A stretch of DNA of 64,000 bases from Eledone cirrhosa (GCA_964016885.1 OZ024742.1:323640001-323704000), one strand, 5' to 3'. Shown: positions 38,091 to 52,764, counted from the stretch's first letter. Made by a program: numbers and translations. The notes: generated from the letters alone by a model not told the origin.

Positions 38091-38810
38091 TGTGCAGAGG
38101 ACCTGCGTAGACTGGAAAGGAATGAAGCATGCATGCTCCTTTGGATGTGTAATAGTATTATACGTGAACGGCAAAGCATAAATGAACTAAGTGAGAAATT
38201 AGGAATAAGAGGGATCAGATGCTGTTTACTTGAGAGAAGACTACGTTGGTATGGTCACGTGATGCGCATGAAAGACGACAGCTGCATAAAAAAGTGTAGG
38301 GCGATCAAAATTGATGGTAGTTACGGAGTAGGTAGACCCAGAAAAACCTGGGATGATCTGATAAATTCCGACCTCACACACTTACATCTCTCTAAGACAA
38401 TGTCTCTGGACCGAGATCTTTGGCGCTACGCAGTAATACAAAGCGAAACCTACAGTCAGTAGGCACCTCTTAACCAAATATACACCCCAATCCACTACCC
38501 CTACCCTATCCTCCCACTCCCACCAACAGCACGAGAAAATGAGATCGAGATCGTGTAGGTGTCACGACAAAAAACACACACAGTCCATGCTGTAATGTGG
38601 TCGTGTAGGTAACACGGTAAAAAGTTCCCAGTTCAACACTGTAAATGTGGTTGGTGTTAGGAAGGGCATCCAGCCATAGAAAACCTGCCAGATAGTCCTA
38701 TATGAGCGAGACACGGTCACCCGACCAGTCTTACCTCAAGCGGGACAACTCCCGTCTAACCCATGCTAGCGTGGAAAATGGACGTTAAACGAAGATGATG
38801 ATGATGATGG
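38088..38810 (+). mobile_element. 5'-truncated, more diverged RTE LINE
   Basis: ORF 38082-38462 CAEDLRRLERNE..GRPRKTW; 3'UTR and (GAT)n tail. Confidence 0.92.
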
Positions 38811-39300
38811 GTGCTTTTTGGCCTGACACTTTACTGTGTAGATTGAGCGCTCTTTGTCGTGGCATCAAAATGTCTACTTTACAGTGTGGATTGGTGGCTG
38901 TGGTGGGGAGGTGCATGGTGATTAGAGAGGTACATCTAGGGTGGGGTGTTAAGACGTGGGAGGTGTATGGAAGGGAGAAGATAAGGTAGGGAAAGGTGGT
39001 GCATACTAGATGTATGCTTCAACTCGCACACATGGGAAGGCAGGTCTTCTGTATTACTGCATAACACCAGAGATTTTTTATCACATCATCCCAAGTTTTC
39101 CTAGATCTTCCTACTCCATAGCTTCCATCAACTTTGAGTTGGTGTCCTGTGACTAGTGCAGGAATGGAGTTAAATATTCAGGGATGGTTTGCCATTCAAA
39201 TAACACTGAATTGGCAAGGTATCCTTGAACCAAATCTATCCTCTATTCTCCATTTGTGTTCGCTGTAATTCTATTATCTTGTATAACTAATACTGCAATC

Positions 39301-39376
39301 AACACCTGATGAAATTGCATAAGTATTGCATCATGATCAGATGCTGAAACTGAGCCATTGAAATAAATATAGTGTT
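39301..39376 (+). ncRNA. Type I hammerhead ribozyme motif, related to the 9672 copy
   Basis: AACAC-CTGATGA-AAT...ATT-GAAA-TAAATA-TA-GTGTT; downstream CCAGTC..CCT.CTGTTATTTTT(TA)n shared with 9750-9790. Confidence 0.65.
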
Positions 39377-42300
39377 TTCGCTGAAGTAAAATTTTAAAGA
39401 AAGTTTCCAGTCTGTCCTTCTGTTATTTTTAATGAATATATATATATATTGTTGTTGTTGGACTTCCATAGTTTGTGATGAGTGCTCCAATTGATTTAAT
39501 CAACAAAATTGACTGCTCATGAAATTAAGGTGTAAAAGTGGCTGAGCATTCTACATAAATGTGCACTCTTAATGGGGTTCTCAGCATGATACAATGTATG
39601 ACAAGGTTGGTCCCTTGAATTACATGTACAAATAATTTTTGTCAGCTAAGTGGACTGGAGCAATGTGAAATAAAGTGTTTTGCTCAATGATAGAAGACCA
39701 GTCCAAATTCACTCACAAGGCATTGGTCAGCCTAAGGCTATAGTTAATAGTTATTAGAAGACATTTGCCCTAAAGGCTAGATGCTGAGATCATATGGTTG
39801 TGAAGCAAACTTCTTAACCACACAGCCATATTAGGCCTGCATGTAGTGGTTATGTTTAAATTAAAATTTCATCATATGAATGATATCATGAGATTTAGTT
39901 CCCCTTCCATCTCCTTTTAGATTCACTTTTTCATGTTTGTATGGATTGCAGGGATCTTTTAAAACACAGCTTTTATTTCCCTACTACATTCTTTCATTAT
40001 TTCCCCTGACAGTTTCAGCATTTAGAAATCCGCTCTCACTACTTCTGCTAAGGTCTTCCATGGCCTTCCTCTATCTACCTTCAGGAGTTCATGGCATTTC
40101 TTCACCCAACAATTATCATCCATACATGTCCATACTAGCACAGTTTTTTTGCTTGCACACTACATTTGATTCCTCTTATATCCGATTTATCTCTGAGCCC
40201 ATCCAAGCTTTGTCATTTACATATATTAACACCACAGATCCATCAAAGCATACTTTCTTTATTTCTCTCCAGCCTTTTTATATCCTTTGTATTTCTAGCA
40301 TCATATATACTAATATATAAATTTACAGATATTTCAAAAAACTCTAAGAAAGAAAGAACAAGGCAAACAACAAAATCTCTCATCAACTATATATTGCTTT
40401 GTTTCTAAGTATAAGAACAGATGTGACATTTTTAATCAATAACATATGATTGATAAAATCCACATGAACCATTGGAAAACACTTTTCTATATTGATATTA
40501 ATCAATTGTCCATCTATCCATGTTGTGATGGTTTGAACATGTCCTGTGGGATGACAGAAATATAAGATAGCAATGTTTATTTATGTATCACCCTAGCTTA
40601 GGTAGGTTATGTGTGATAGGTGAAATTGATGAAAACAGATTTTTAATATCACTGCTACATAGTCGATAATTACAATGTAGTTCTCTTCCACTCCCACCTC
40701 TCCTATAGTTGTTTTCATTTTGTTTAATGGAGAGCAAAACATATCTGTATTGATTCAAATAGATGACTGCTGTACTTAAAGGACTTTTTTTTTAAATGTG
40801 AGGACATTTTAATGGGAAATTATTTTTACATAGACAATCACGATGGTTTATTGATTTTGTTTGGTATGCTTTACTTAGCTCTGATCAATAGCAGAGGAGG
40901 AGTTCATTAATAATCTATACAATTAAAGCAGCTAATATAATATTTCATGTCCTATTTGAAGTAAAGCCAGGCTTTTCAGTCCCAATCCTCCAATTATGTT
41001 AATATCCTTAGATTTTAGCATGTATAAGTTAGATATGTATAGACCCATAACTCCTGATAGAGTTGTATGGGTGTTGCCTTGGGCACATTAAACTTAGCAG
41101 AGCCCACCTCCTTTAGGTTTTAATATAACCAATTTCTTCCAGAGAAGGAGAGATATATAGAGAAAGTGAGAAAGAAATACAGAGAAAGAAGCAACCCCAG
41201 TAATGGACTGGTGCATTTTTTATCAACATCGAAAGGAGGAAAGGCAAAGTTGTCCATGGCAGGATTTGAACTCAGAGTGCAGAGAGCTGATATGAATTCT
41301 GCAAAGCATTCTATCTGACGTTCTAATGACTCAGCCAGTTCAGTGCCTCAGTTAGATTTATGAAATGCTAAAACAAGTGTATGAAGTAATATGCAAGGTT
41401 TATACATGGTATGTGTTATTAAAAATTAAGATATATTTATCACAAATTTCTAGGAAATCAAATTATATGGTCCATACATATTTCAAGTGGAAATAATTCT
41501 GTTTAAGAAAAAACAGTTTTGTGACTCTCATAATCAATAAATAAAATTTGTTGCTGTAGAGGGAGGTACTTGAGAATGTAGACCATAGATAAAGAGGCAG
41601 AAAATAATAGAACTAAGCAACATTTATGTATGGAAATGAGATCAGAATAAACTGTTTAGTTCCTAATATATGTAAATGCAGAATTGACTGTCTGATTAAG
41701 AATGGACCTCTGTTGATGATTCTTTCAGTTGTTTGATCAACCGATCAGCTTGCTCATGAAATTAACATGTAAGTGACTGAACATTCCACAGACATGTGTA
41801 CCCAATGCTTTTGGAGATTCAGCATGACACGGTGTGTGAACATGGCTGCGCCTTTGAATTGCAAGCAAAGGCAATCCGATGGACTTCCAACAGTTTCTGT
41901 CTAGCAAATTTCACTCACGTGACATGGATCGTCCCAAAGCTATAGTAAATAACTGTTTCTACTATTGGCACAAGGCCAGAAATTACCCAGTACATTACTG
42001 GTACTTTATTTTATCGACGCTGACACAAGATGTCACAAGTGAGATTGAAGCTGTCTTCACAGCGAGGTACCCTGGGCAAGTATCTTCTACAATAGCCTCA
42101 ATTTCACTGTCTTCTGAGTGAAATTTGATAGATAGAAATTGTGTCAATGCCTATTATAATAAATGTGTGTCCCTTTAGAAATTATCTCTATTAATTCTTT
42201 TGATAACAAACCACACAAAACTACCCTGCATTTATCATTTTAAAAAACTGATCATTTTAATATCTTTTTACTTACATTAAATTCTTATATAATTTAAGAA

Positions 42301-42480
42301 TTTTTTGTTGAATATGTTCTAAATATTTGGCTTACTAATGAAGAAGTTAGTTATTTGATTAAATTCCTCCAAATATTTAATTTTTTTCAAAATTATTTGA
42401 AACCCATATACAGTATATTTCATTAGAAATATGGTAATGAATTCTGAATTCTTAGGTTGCTCCATCTTTCTTTGTTACAG

Positions 42481-42645
42481 GGTCGAGCCGCTGACTTGAA
42501 ATATATTGAGGGAGCTGCTCGGCAGATTGCTGAGGTGGCAAAAAGCTCCAAGATTGTTGTAGAAAAAAGCACAGTGCCAGTAAAAGCTGCTGAAAGCATC
42601 ACCAATATTCTTAGGGCCAATATCAAATCTGGCCTAATGTACACG
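42481..42645 (+). CDS. UGDH: UGDH coding exon 3
   Basis: [27 protein letters not shown]; 165 nt; AG/GTTAGT. Confidence 0.96.
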
Positions 42646-42772
42646 GTTAGTTTAGATCTCCTTTTTTTTTTGTCAAAGGCCGATTTATTAGAGGGTGTGG
42701 TATTGGTTATAAGTGGTGACATGACTTTGTGGTTGAGAAAATGCTCTACATTATGTTGCCTTTCTGTTTCAG

Positions 42773-42970
42773 ATCTTATCCAATCCAGAGTTCTTAGCTG
42801 AGGGAACAGCTATTAAAGATCTTCTCAGTCCTGACCGGGTCCTCATAGGTGGGGACCCAACACCAGAAGGCCAAGAGGCTATTATGGCTCTGCAGTGGAT
42901 ATACCAGCATTGGGTGGCTCGAGAGAAAATCATCACTATGAACACGTGGTCTTCAGAATTATCTAAACTG
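42773..42970 (+). CDS. UGDH: UGDH coding exon 4
   Basis: [37 protein letters not shown] (catalytic Glu and Lys); 198 nt; not in the ORF track. Confidence 0.96.
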
Positions 42971-43394
42971 GTATGTTTTTGTATTCTTGTTCAGGTTACT
43001 TGCAGTACTCTCAAGCAGGGCTGCTAGATTGTGTTATAAGTAGCAGAATACACTATTTTTTGGGGGATTGCACACTATTATTTTTTAATTTAGGCTACTT
43101 ACTACTTGAAAATAATCATTATTAACCCTTTTGATACCAACACACCTAAGACAGCCATTGTTTTATGACACAAACACTTGTTTTAAAGTGTTCATGATTA
43201 TTTAAATATGTAAGACATAAAATCACTAAAGAGTTGTTATACCTATTGTGTAACACACTGAATCACTGAAGTGTTAAGTTTACTGTGTAACAAACTAAAG
43301 AGTTGTTATACCTATTGTGTAACACATTAAATCACTCAACCGTTGTAAAGAATCTACAGTTGCTTGAAATTTAACCTGTCCACATCTTACCAAT

Positions 43395-43512
43395 ATTATG
43401 GCCTCATCACACAGCAAACACTAGTTCTCATCTAATTATCAAAGTTAATCAATGATGAGGCTAATTAATACTTAAATGGGTGACCATGTGGGGAGCCTAG
43501 GTGCTTTAGTAT
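43395..43512 (+). pseudogene. Second, older 5S rRNA-derived copy
   Basis: AAACACTAGTTCTCATCT..AAAGTTAATCAA..TAATACTTAAATGGGTGACC..CCTAGGTGCT; many G-to-A and C-to-T changes. Confidence 0.7.
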
Positions 43513-43624
43513 CTTTGAAAGTCCAACCCTTGCTAGAAGGGAATATGGACATTAAATGGTAGTGATGATGATAATGATGATTGATGTTGAGGTACATATG
43601 TTATTCTTAAATTATTTTTTTCAG

Positions 43625-43772
43625 GCAGCAAACGCTTTTTTAGCACAACGTATATCTAGTATCAATGCAATGTCTGCAATCTGTGAAGCAACAGGGGCTG
43701 ATGTTTCAGAAGTGGCCCATGCTGTTGGGACTGACTCAAGGATTGGACCAAAGTTTCTGAAAGCCAGCGTTG
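43625..43772 (+). CDS. UGDH: UGDH coding exon 5
   Basis: [41 protein letters not shown]; 148 nt, phase 1 end. Confidence 0.96.
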
Positions 43773-44099
43773 GTAAGTGTATACATATTCCACTTGATAA
43801 AATGGTTGTGCTAGTTCCACAATAAAATGTATCCAACCCACACTGTAAAGTGGTTGTGCTGTTGCCACAAAAAAAGCACCTAGTCTGGTAGTAGTGATGG
43901 TACCATGACAAAACAAATGCAGTATACGCTGTGAAGTGGTTGGTGTTAGGAAGAGCATTCAGCCATAAAACCCATACCAAAATGGAACATATGAACAAGA
44001 CAGACCTCTGACATGCCTGTTTAGCCTCAAAGCATGACAACTCATGCAAGTGAGGAAAAAAGATATAAAACGGTGATGATAACATGCAAACTCACATGT

Positions 44100-44560
44100 G
44101 TACAACCAAATCTAACTTTTGTTTTTACCTGAAATTAGGGATACTGAGGAGGATGAGAGATTGTCTATAAAATCCCAAATTTCCCAATCATCATATATTG
44201 ATGATTGAAGAGTCTTTGGAGTAACTTTACTCGATAGTGCGTAACTCAGAGATGTAGTTAATCCAGGTAGAGCCGCTACTTCTCCGAATTGAGAGATCAC
44301 AGCTCTGATATGACGGATGGATATGTGGTTAGAATGTCTAAGGAAAGAATTGCTGGACAGATTTTACAGGCAAAACCAACCAACAAGAGACCCTGGGGTA
44401 GACATAAGCAAGATGGTTGTATAACACTCATGAGCTCAGTTGGTCTCACTTGGGGATCCAGCCAGGTCATTTGGAAAACAGTTGCTTCTGATAGAACCTG
44501 CTGGAAGGTGTGCTTGAGGACTCCCATGATCTCCCTAGGAATAAGTGGGTGAAGAAGAAG
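44100..44560 (+). mobile_element. Decayed RTE-like LINE 3' fragment
   Basis: GYVVRMSKERIAGQIL..KRPWGR-like C-terminal motif; GAA tail. Confidence 0.5.
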
Positions 44561-46350
44561 AAAATGATATATTGATCTTGGATATGCTTGAAGTGAAAGT
44601 ATTTTAATGGTGGTTGTTAACTACATTACATTGGTTAGGTTTCTGAAGAGAATGAAACATAATTTTCTTGTTAGGAGAAATTTTCATCAATTTGATTAAC
44701 CCTGTAATATTACAGGTCCTTACTTCATCAACTCCTGAAAAGATGAAAGACAGGTGACAATGGCAGTTTTTAAACTTACAACAGCAATATCTCAAATTAG
44801 TTATGATAAAACATCTAATATAGCAGTGTAACAGAAAATATCCAGCCATTTTAACATGCCATCAACACCATCATCATCTAACGTACATCTTCCATGCTAG
44901 CATGGGTTGGACGGGCTGTCCCTTTGTGAGGGATCAGGCGGGGGACCGTGATTTGCTCATACAGAACGGATTTTGGCTTGGTTTCTATGGCTGGATGCCC
45001 TTCCTAGCACATACAAACCTGCTCAGAAAAATCAAAAACATAATCTGGAGATCACACGCAACACTTGAAACCATTTATGGAGATTTGATTCCAATATCCC
45101 TCAGACTCAAGCAAAAAATACTATAGTTTGCTGGTCACTGTCATCAAGCTGACAAAGAAATCATATCATCTCTCCTTCTGTAGCATTCCCCGGGATGTGT
45201 CTATTCACGAAAACTGACTTTCCCAGGCACCATAGCTCGGGACTCAGGGTTGAACATAAGGGATCTAGGGACAGCAATGCAGGACCAAACCGTGTGGAAA
45301 GGGATTGTCAAGAGAATTCCGACTGCCCACAGTGGAGTCAAAGGATGATGATGATGAACACCAACCACTTTACAGAGTGGGACTGAGTGCTTTTTGCCGT
45401 GTCACCTACACGTGTCATCATCATCGTTTTTATGTTAACTTTCCACGCTGGCATGGGTTGGATGGGACTTTTTGAGGCATTCTTTTACAGCTGAATGCCC
45501 TTCCTGACACCAACTGTTTTAGTCAATTTTTATGATACAAGGATATATACCTATTCTAAACCAGATATATACAGTCAATATTTATAAATTTTGTTTGGAT
45601 GCTAAAATGGATTGGATTTATTAATATCAATATTTATTTTGACACCTTTTGCTGGGCAATATTTTTGGAAAAGAAATAAATCCAATATATTTTATAACAT
45701 CTTTTTTTTTTATAACTTTTAACCCTTTAGCCACAAAACTCACTGAAGAAGACAACAATTTTTATGAAAAAGAAAACAAATTAGGATAATTAGCAAATTC
45801 CACTGGGTCAAATTTACCTTTCAATTTTTGATAAAATGAAATATCAACAAAGTACTGAGATTGATTTAATCAACTATCGCCTTCCTTTTGTGTTCTTTTC
45901 ATGTTATAAATTATCATTTAACCCTTTTTATCCCAAACCACCTAAAACTGGCTCTGGTTCGATGATACTAGCCTTTCAATTTTAAAGTGTTTAAATTTCT
46001 ATTTAAGAGCCTTCCATCAAAATTTCAAACACCAACTTAATAATGAGAAAGTTAGTTATATTTCTAAACCCCTCTTAATTCTTGGTTTTCTAAAATATTT
46101 CAAACGCATAAGCATTGTATTTCATTAGAAATAAGGTTTTTAAAGGGTCAAAATTGTACAAAAAAAATTCTATAAAAAATAGTATCTGGATCTCAATACA
46201 CAGAAAATTACAAATTCTTCAGAAATCAATCTCACTGTCTTTCTAGCGTATTAAAATAATTGACTAAATCATATATGTACATATACATATATACACATTT
46301 ACATATATACTCATACGCATATATATATACTATCACATTATAAGGGTTAA

Positions 46351-46485
<135 letters not shown>

Positions 46486-46619
46486 TAAAACCACACCATT
46501 ATTTTATAAAGTTTACTTTCATCTAGAATTGTAGCTTCCTGCTTTATACAATGTGTGTGTGTGTGTGTGTATACTTATTTATGTACACATGTACGTGTGT
46601 GTATCGAGTCCCTCTAGAA

Positions 46620-47045
46620 TGCTACTGGTAACATGTAACCTAATACAACCTGTTGGTGCTGCTACAAATGTGTCAGGAGCTGGATTTGAACATAGCAAAC
46701 AACCTGTTTCAGCTGAAAGATGAAGGCAAAACAACCTGGATGCATCCAGTCTCAAAGCAGTGGTGCATGATTGATTATGTTCTTGTTTGTAGGCGTGAGG
46801 GTCATAATATGTGTAGTGTCTGGGTTATGTGGGGAGCTGAATGTTGGACTGAACATCGTCTGGTTCGTAATGTGACCATACCAAAAAAAGTAAATGTGGC
46901 TCATCTAAAAGATGATACCATTAAGGAAGAGCTGGTAAAGAGAATGGACAACATTAAATGTGAGGATTCATGGGAAGAGTTCAAAACATGTGTATGAAGT
47001 CTGCAAAGATGTTCTAGGTTTAGTGGAAAGAAAACATCAAGACTT
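46620..47045 (+). mobile_element. RTE/BovB-like endonuclease fragment
   Basis: IANNLFQ..KTTWMHPVSKQWCMIDYVLV..CWTEHRLV. Confidence 0.75.
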
Positions 47046-47505
47046 TAGTTTATGCTCTAGCTATGAATACTTGTACTTATAAATAGCTATGGGAGACCAT
47101 TGGTCTGTTGGCTGCCATCTTATATTTTATTTTTCTGTTGATTTTTATCTGAAAGTTGCTTGGAGGACACTGCTTTTCTAGTTGGTCCATCCCAGCTTAA
47201 CACATTTGATGTGCCGGAAACTGCTCCAGATTCTATGATATGAAACTGTTTATTTTAAAGTGTTTATATTTATCTTAACACCCTACCATAATTTTATGTA
47301 AGAAACTTTAAGTTATGCGCCAAACACCAGCTTAATAAGTTGTTATACTAAATCCAAGTTCTTGATAATTTTCAAAAAATATTTGAAATTCGTAGGCAGT
47401 ACCTTTCATTAAAAATATGGTGACAAAAGGGTTAAAACAATAAAACTATACAGAAAAGGATAATACTTAAGCAATTTACCCTGATTTTTGTATTTTCACT
47501 CTCAG

Positions 47506-47636
47506 GTTATTGATATCAATGACTTTCAAAGACGTCGTTTTGCCAATCGGATTATTGAAGCTCTCTTCAATACAGTGACAAACAAGAAGATTGCAGTATT
47601 TGGTTTTGCTTTTAAGAAAGACACTGCTGACACAAG
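47506..47636 (+). CDS. UGDH: UGDH coding exon 7
   Basis: [44 protein letters not shown]; 131 nt. Confidence 0.96.
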
Positions 47637-48829
47637 GTAAAAATCTTTATTTTTAAATTATTCTCAAATTGTGTGTTGAATTAGCACTCATTAGATTATT
47701 GGATAGAATGATTTATGGTATTTCTTTCAGCCCTTTATATTCAGAGTTCCAGTATTGCTGTTAAGTACTGGGATTGATATAATCAACTTTCTCAGCATAG
47801 TGTTATGGCCCTTTATGATCTGTGTTCCAATCCTGCCGAGGTTAGCTTTGCCTTTCATCCTTACGGGGTCGATAAAATAAAGTACCAATCACGCACTGGG
47901 GGCGATTTAATCGACATTCCCCTCCCCCCAAATTGCAGGCCTTGTGCCTATATCGATAGAGAGTCGGACACCAAGCTTTCCAGCATAGTTACGTCCCTTT
48001 ATGGTCTGAGTTCAAATCCCGCCAAGGTTCACTTTGCCTTTGATCCTTACGGGGTCGATAAAATAAAGTACCAGTAATGCACTCGGGTCGATTTAATTGA
48101 CTTTCCTCTCCCCCAAAATTGCTGGCCTTGCGCCTATAGTAGAAATTGTTATTATTATTATCTCCTGACTTGAATTATCTCAACATAACAACCTGTTTAA
48201 CCCATGCAAACGTGGAAAATGGATGTTAAATGGTGGTGATGATTAGTCTTAGTTTTATTGTCTGTTATTACTGCATTATTGAGCACAGCTCTGTGTGCCT
48301 TGGGTATGTGCAATGTTTTTTTGGTTTTGTTATTTCTAGTCTATTGAATGTACTCTTCATAATATGTGTGCAGTGCCTATTACTGCTGTTTGTTTTTGTA
48401 TTGGGGTTTTCGTTATGTATCTGTCTGTATTTTTAAAAATCATTCCTAGAGCACTGTTTCTATTTTGGATTTTATCTTTGTTTTCATTTTCCTCATCATT
48501 ATCTGTTTTGAATTTGTTGGCTTCCTTGAAGACAGAAAATGATTTTTTATTCTGTTCGTGTTTCATAGCTATTTGTATTAATTTTACATTATTCTTCATT
48601 AGATATTTTTGTAGTCTTACTGTGGTTATTTTATAATAGTTTTCTAGTTGTATATGTCCCCTTCCACCTGTGTTTATGGTAGGTGTAGTCTTTCTACATC
48701 TGATTTTGGGTGGTGTATTCTAAAAGCAGTCAATATTTTTGTTTTTCTGCTAGTTCTTTTAGTGTTGTTTGAAACTTCCTTTGAATTCTTCTTCTTTCCT
48801 ATATCTTGCTAAATGTCAACCTGACACCT

Positions 48830-49900
48830 GTGGTAAAATTTGGTAATACACACATTTTACAATCGGTTATCATATAAATGATGCCATAAAGGCATAAGCA
48901 ACAGTAAATGTCTTTGCAAGTTATTTAAATTGATAATGTCCTTCACACGACATGGACAGTGCCAGTCAGAACTATTTTTTGTATCTCTTGCAAAGATAGT
49001 TTTCCAGGTATCTGGTCCAAATATTTTTCAGTTCCCTTTTTTATCATTTCAAGTGTACTAATTATCGCTGGTATTGTAGAGGATTTAAGATTCCACATTT
49101 CCTCAATTTAAATTATCAGAGATTTATATTTTCTGAACCTCCAGATCTCTTTTGAGAAGATGTTACAATTTGATGGAATGCTCATGTCAATTAAGAAGCA
49201 TGTTTTCTTTTTATGGTCCTTCACAATTATATCAGGTCTGTTGACTTTGATTGTTCTGTCGGTGTTCACAGGGAAGTCCCATAGGATTGTCACATTCTCG
49301 CCTCCTGTTACTGCATCTGGGTGATCGTTGTACCATTTTCCCTCTGCTTTTGTACCATAAGACCTGTATATTACTCAGTGTAAATATTACCTTATTCTAT
49401 CATGCCTCGTTTTATATTCCTGGAGAGCTAATACTTTTCAGCCTGAAACCAGGTGGTCAATACTCATTGCAGAATCAACACTTTGGGTCAGTTCAATTTC
49501 TGATCACATTGGCTGAAAGTTGTGCATTGAAAGGCACTGGTCTTGTGCAGCTAAAATGAAGCCCTCACTCTCTGCTTTTAGCTCAAAACTCTGCAACCAC
49601 TGATAGGTGGGATTTTGATCTACATTAAATTCTTTGCTATGGAGAACATACTGCCCATGCAGTTGTTTTTGCTTCTACTTGGTGCACAGTCTCCGTTGGC
49701 ATTCATGTTTTGCCAACATTTTGATGTTCTTTACAGAAATGTCATCATTCCAGAAATGACATTTTCAAAATGTATTCCTAATTCTTCTGCAAATTTCCTA
49801 CTTTCCTTTGTGATTGAACGTAACCTCTTCTTTCTTTCTTGATCTGCAACCATTTTCAACATCCAATCATCTGTAGGGTTGATATTTTGTATGACAGCTC
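48830..49900 (-). mobile_element. R4/Dong-type non-LTR retrotransposon fragment
   Basis: ILWDFPVNTDRTIKVNRPDIIVKDHKKKTCFLIDMSIP (PD..D restriction-like endonuclease). Confidence 0.82.
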
Positions 49901-50427
49901 TAGCTGGATCATTCTTCTATCTTCAATTTGTCTAGGGAGATAGAGGCAATGCATATCTGCTTTGGGGGATGTAGTTTATTACATCACCCAAAAGCAGATG
50001 TAGATTGCCCTTCCTATCACCAGCTACTTTACAGCATGGATTGGGTGCATTTTATTTTGCCATCAGCATAATAGAAGTAGTCTGACAAGATTTAAGGGTC
50101 CTTTCTACAATGTATCATTTTTTTAATTCAGAATATGACTGCTCCCCTAGATGGGTTGTCTTCTCTCTGGATTACATAGTCCATATCTAACCTGTACAGT
50201 TTTATTTATTCTTAGTAACTATTCTCTTAAATGGGCTGCCTTCCACATGGCTTATGGAGCCCCAAACCCAACGTGTGTGTCATCCTCATCATCATCTTTT
50301 ATCATCCATCTTCCACGCTAGCATGGTGTGTGTATATAATATTACTAGACTTTAGTAATTTCAATAATTTTCTATTTTTTTACCTTGTCAACATTGTATA
50401 ATGTCTTTTTTATTCTCTTCTTCCCAG

Positions 50428-50523
50428 AGAGTCATCATCCATTTATGTGTGCAAACATCTGTTGGAGGAAGGTGCTAATGTATGTATATATGATCCAAAA
50501 GTGGACCAGAAACAGATATATAT
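50428..50523 (+). CDS. UGDH: UGDH coding exon 8
   Basis: [31 protein letters not shown]; 96 nt, phase 2/2; AG/GTGAGT. Confidence 0.95.
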
Positions 50524-51940
50524 GTGAGTCCACTTGAGTTTGTTTTTGTTTGTTTTGTTTTATTAATTACTATTACATAATTCATTGTTTTACAGACAAA
50601 ATAAGAAGTGTTTATTTTGTTTCACTAAACTATAACAAAGCTACGTTTGTGGATTATATCTATCTGTTTGTCTGACTATTTGGCTTAATGTTTAGGATAT
50701 TCAGCATTTCCTGCTGCCACAACTACCACTGCTCTCTTTCACTCACACTATTGCGCACGCATACACGCACACACACACACACGCACACACTCTTGCCATC
50801 CTCTTTCCAGAGTATGACCAACATTTTACACTACATGCTAATCCTTTAGCACTTAAATCGGCTGTATCCGGCCAGAATTTTCTCACTTCTTTCTGTTCAA
50901 ACTGGCCACTCATACTGAAGTTAAGGTATTGTTCTCAAAATAAATAATATCAACATCTCATAGATACGATATTATGTGAGATAAAGCCTCTACCATGAAA
51001 ATACAATAGTAAATATAGAGCAATGTAAATGCTAAAGGGTTAAATCGGCTGTATCCAGCCAGTATTCTCTCACATCTTTCTGTTCAAACCGGCTGTAACT
51101 GGCTCCTCGTACTAATGTTAGGTATTGTTCACAACATAAATATCCAAATCTCATAGATACGGCATTATGTGAGATAAAGCCTTTACCATGAAAATACAAC
51201 AGTAAATATAAAGTAATGTAAATGTTGTGAGATATGTGAGGTAAAGGCCTTTACCATGAAAATACAATAGTATATATAAAGTAATGTAATGTAGATTCTA
51301 TATTATTTTCTCTTTCCCTCTGTCTCTCTCCCTTATTCGCTCTTTTTTCTTCCCACTTCATCATCATCATCATCTCCATGCTTGTATTAGCTGGGCATTG
51401 TAATTGTTTGTGTAACTTTCTTATTTGTTCAGTTTCAGAGAAATTAATGTTGCCTTCTTTGTATGTGGGAAGGCATAATAAACAGCTGTTTCATATTTTT
51501 TAACATTTTAATTATCTTGCTACACTATATGAAGACACAGAAAGTACATGATTGAATTCTTTGGTGTGGAGGGGAGTCTTGTAACATTTTCTTTAGGGAC
51601 ATGTAAACTACCTTAGTGTATTGGTCAGGATAACTACCACAGTGAAATAAAACATCTTGCTCAAGAATACCATGCACTATCCTATCCAGTTATTGAACCC
51701 AAGATCTTATGATTCCAACCACGAGGTTATGCATCTTCATTGTGGTAGTTATCCTGACCAATTTGCACAGCTGCCCCTTCATACTGTTACCACAAAAAAT
51801 GGAGTACACCAATAATACTATTGTTCACAAATGTGTGGTATAAATATATAGGCTCCCTTATTGTACTGTTTCAATATTTCTGAGATGCATTGTTTAGATA
51901 TATATAAAATAGTACAGATACTGTATAGTGATATCTAGAG

Positions 51941-52478
51941 CAGTGGTCGCCAACCTTTCAGACCTCATGGATCACTAAATTCCTGATTTTAAATCCTGCG
52001 GACCACTAATATAACTTTTTTTAAAAAGATAAATACATTTGTAAAATAATTGTTTCTAATTTTGGCACAAGGCCAGTAATTACCCAGTACATTACTGGTA
52101 CTTTATTTTATCGACCCCGTAAGGATCAAAGGCAAAGTTAACCTCGACGGGATTTGAACTCAGACCATAAAGAAACGTAACTATGCTAGAAAGCATAGCA
52201 TCCAACCCTCTACCGATACTGAATGATCTTCCATTTTATTAAACAATACTGAAGCGTACGTGTGTCATATTGTCGTTAGATGATATATATGTATAAAATT
52301 CTTTCATGGATGTTAGTTGTTTACTGGGGAGAAACATTTTTAGGGGTGTTATAAAATATATTTTAACCGAATATTATTTTTGTTTTATTATTAATAAAAC
52401 ATAAAAATTGCAAATAATGTAAAAAATTTTCTGTGGACCACCAAAATTTTCTGTTGGACCACCGGTTGGCGACCACTG
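51941..52478. mobile_element. hAT-Charlie-like MITE with nested SINE
   Basis: Perfect 15-bp TIR CAGTGGTCGCCAACC / GGTTGGCGACCACTG; flanks ATCTAGAG / ATCTACCT. Confidence 0.8.
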
Positions 52479-52723
52479 ATCTACCTCAGTGTATTGTTTG
52501 GAAATACTTAGGTGTTTCACAATTCAATGTATTGTTTTGCTATCTTATGGTACTGAGCAGAGATATCTAGTGGTGATGTAGTTTGGTAATAAGTATCATA
52601 TCATCATTTTTATTTCCACTTTTCCATGCTGGCATGGGCTGGACGGAATATTGCTTATATATATATCTAACAAAATAACTGCTCAATTCCTTTTTTACAC
52701 ACCTTATTAATTTTATTTTGCAG

Positions 52724-52764
52724 GGAGTTGATGCATCCCACAATTACAGACAAACCAGAAATGG
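52724..52764 (+). CDS. UGDH: UGDH coding exon 9 (41-nt small exon)
   Basis: ELMHPTITDKPEM; TTTTGCAG/GTAAGT; phase 2 to 1 exactly bridges exons 8 and 10. Confidence 0.88.
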
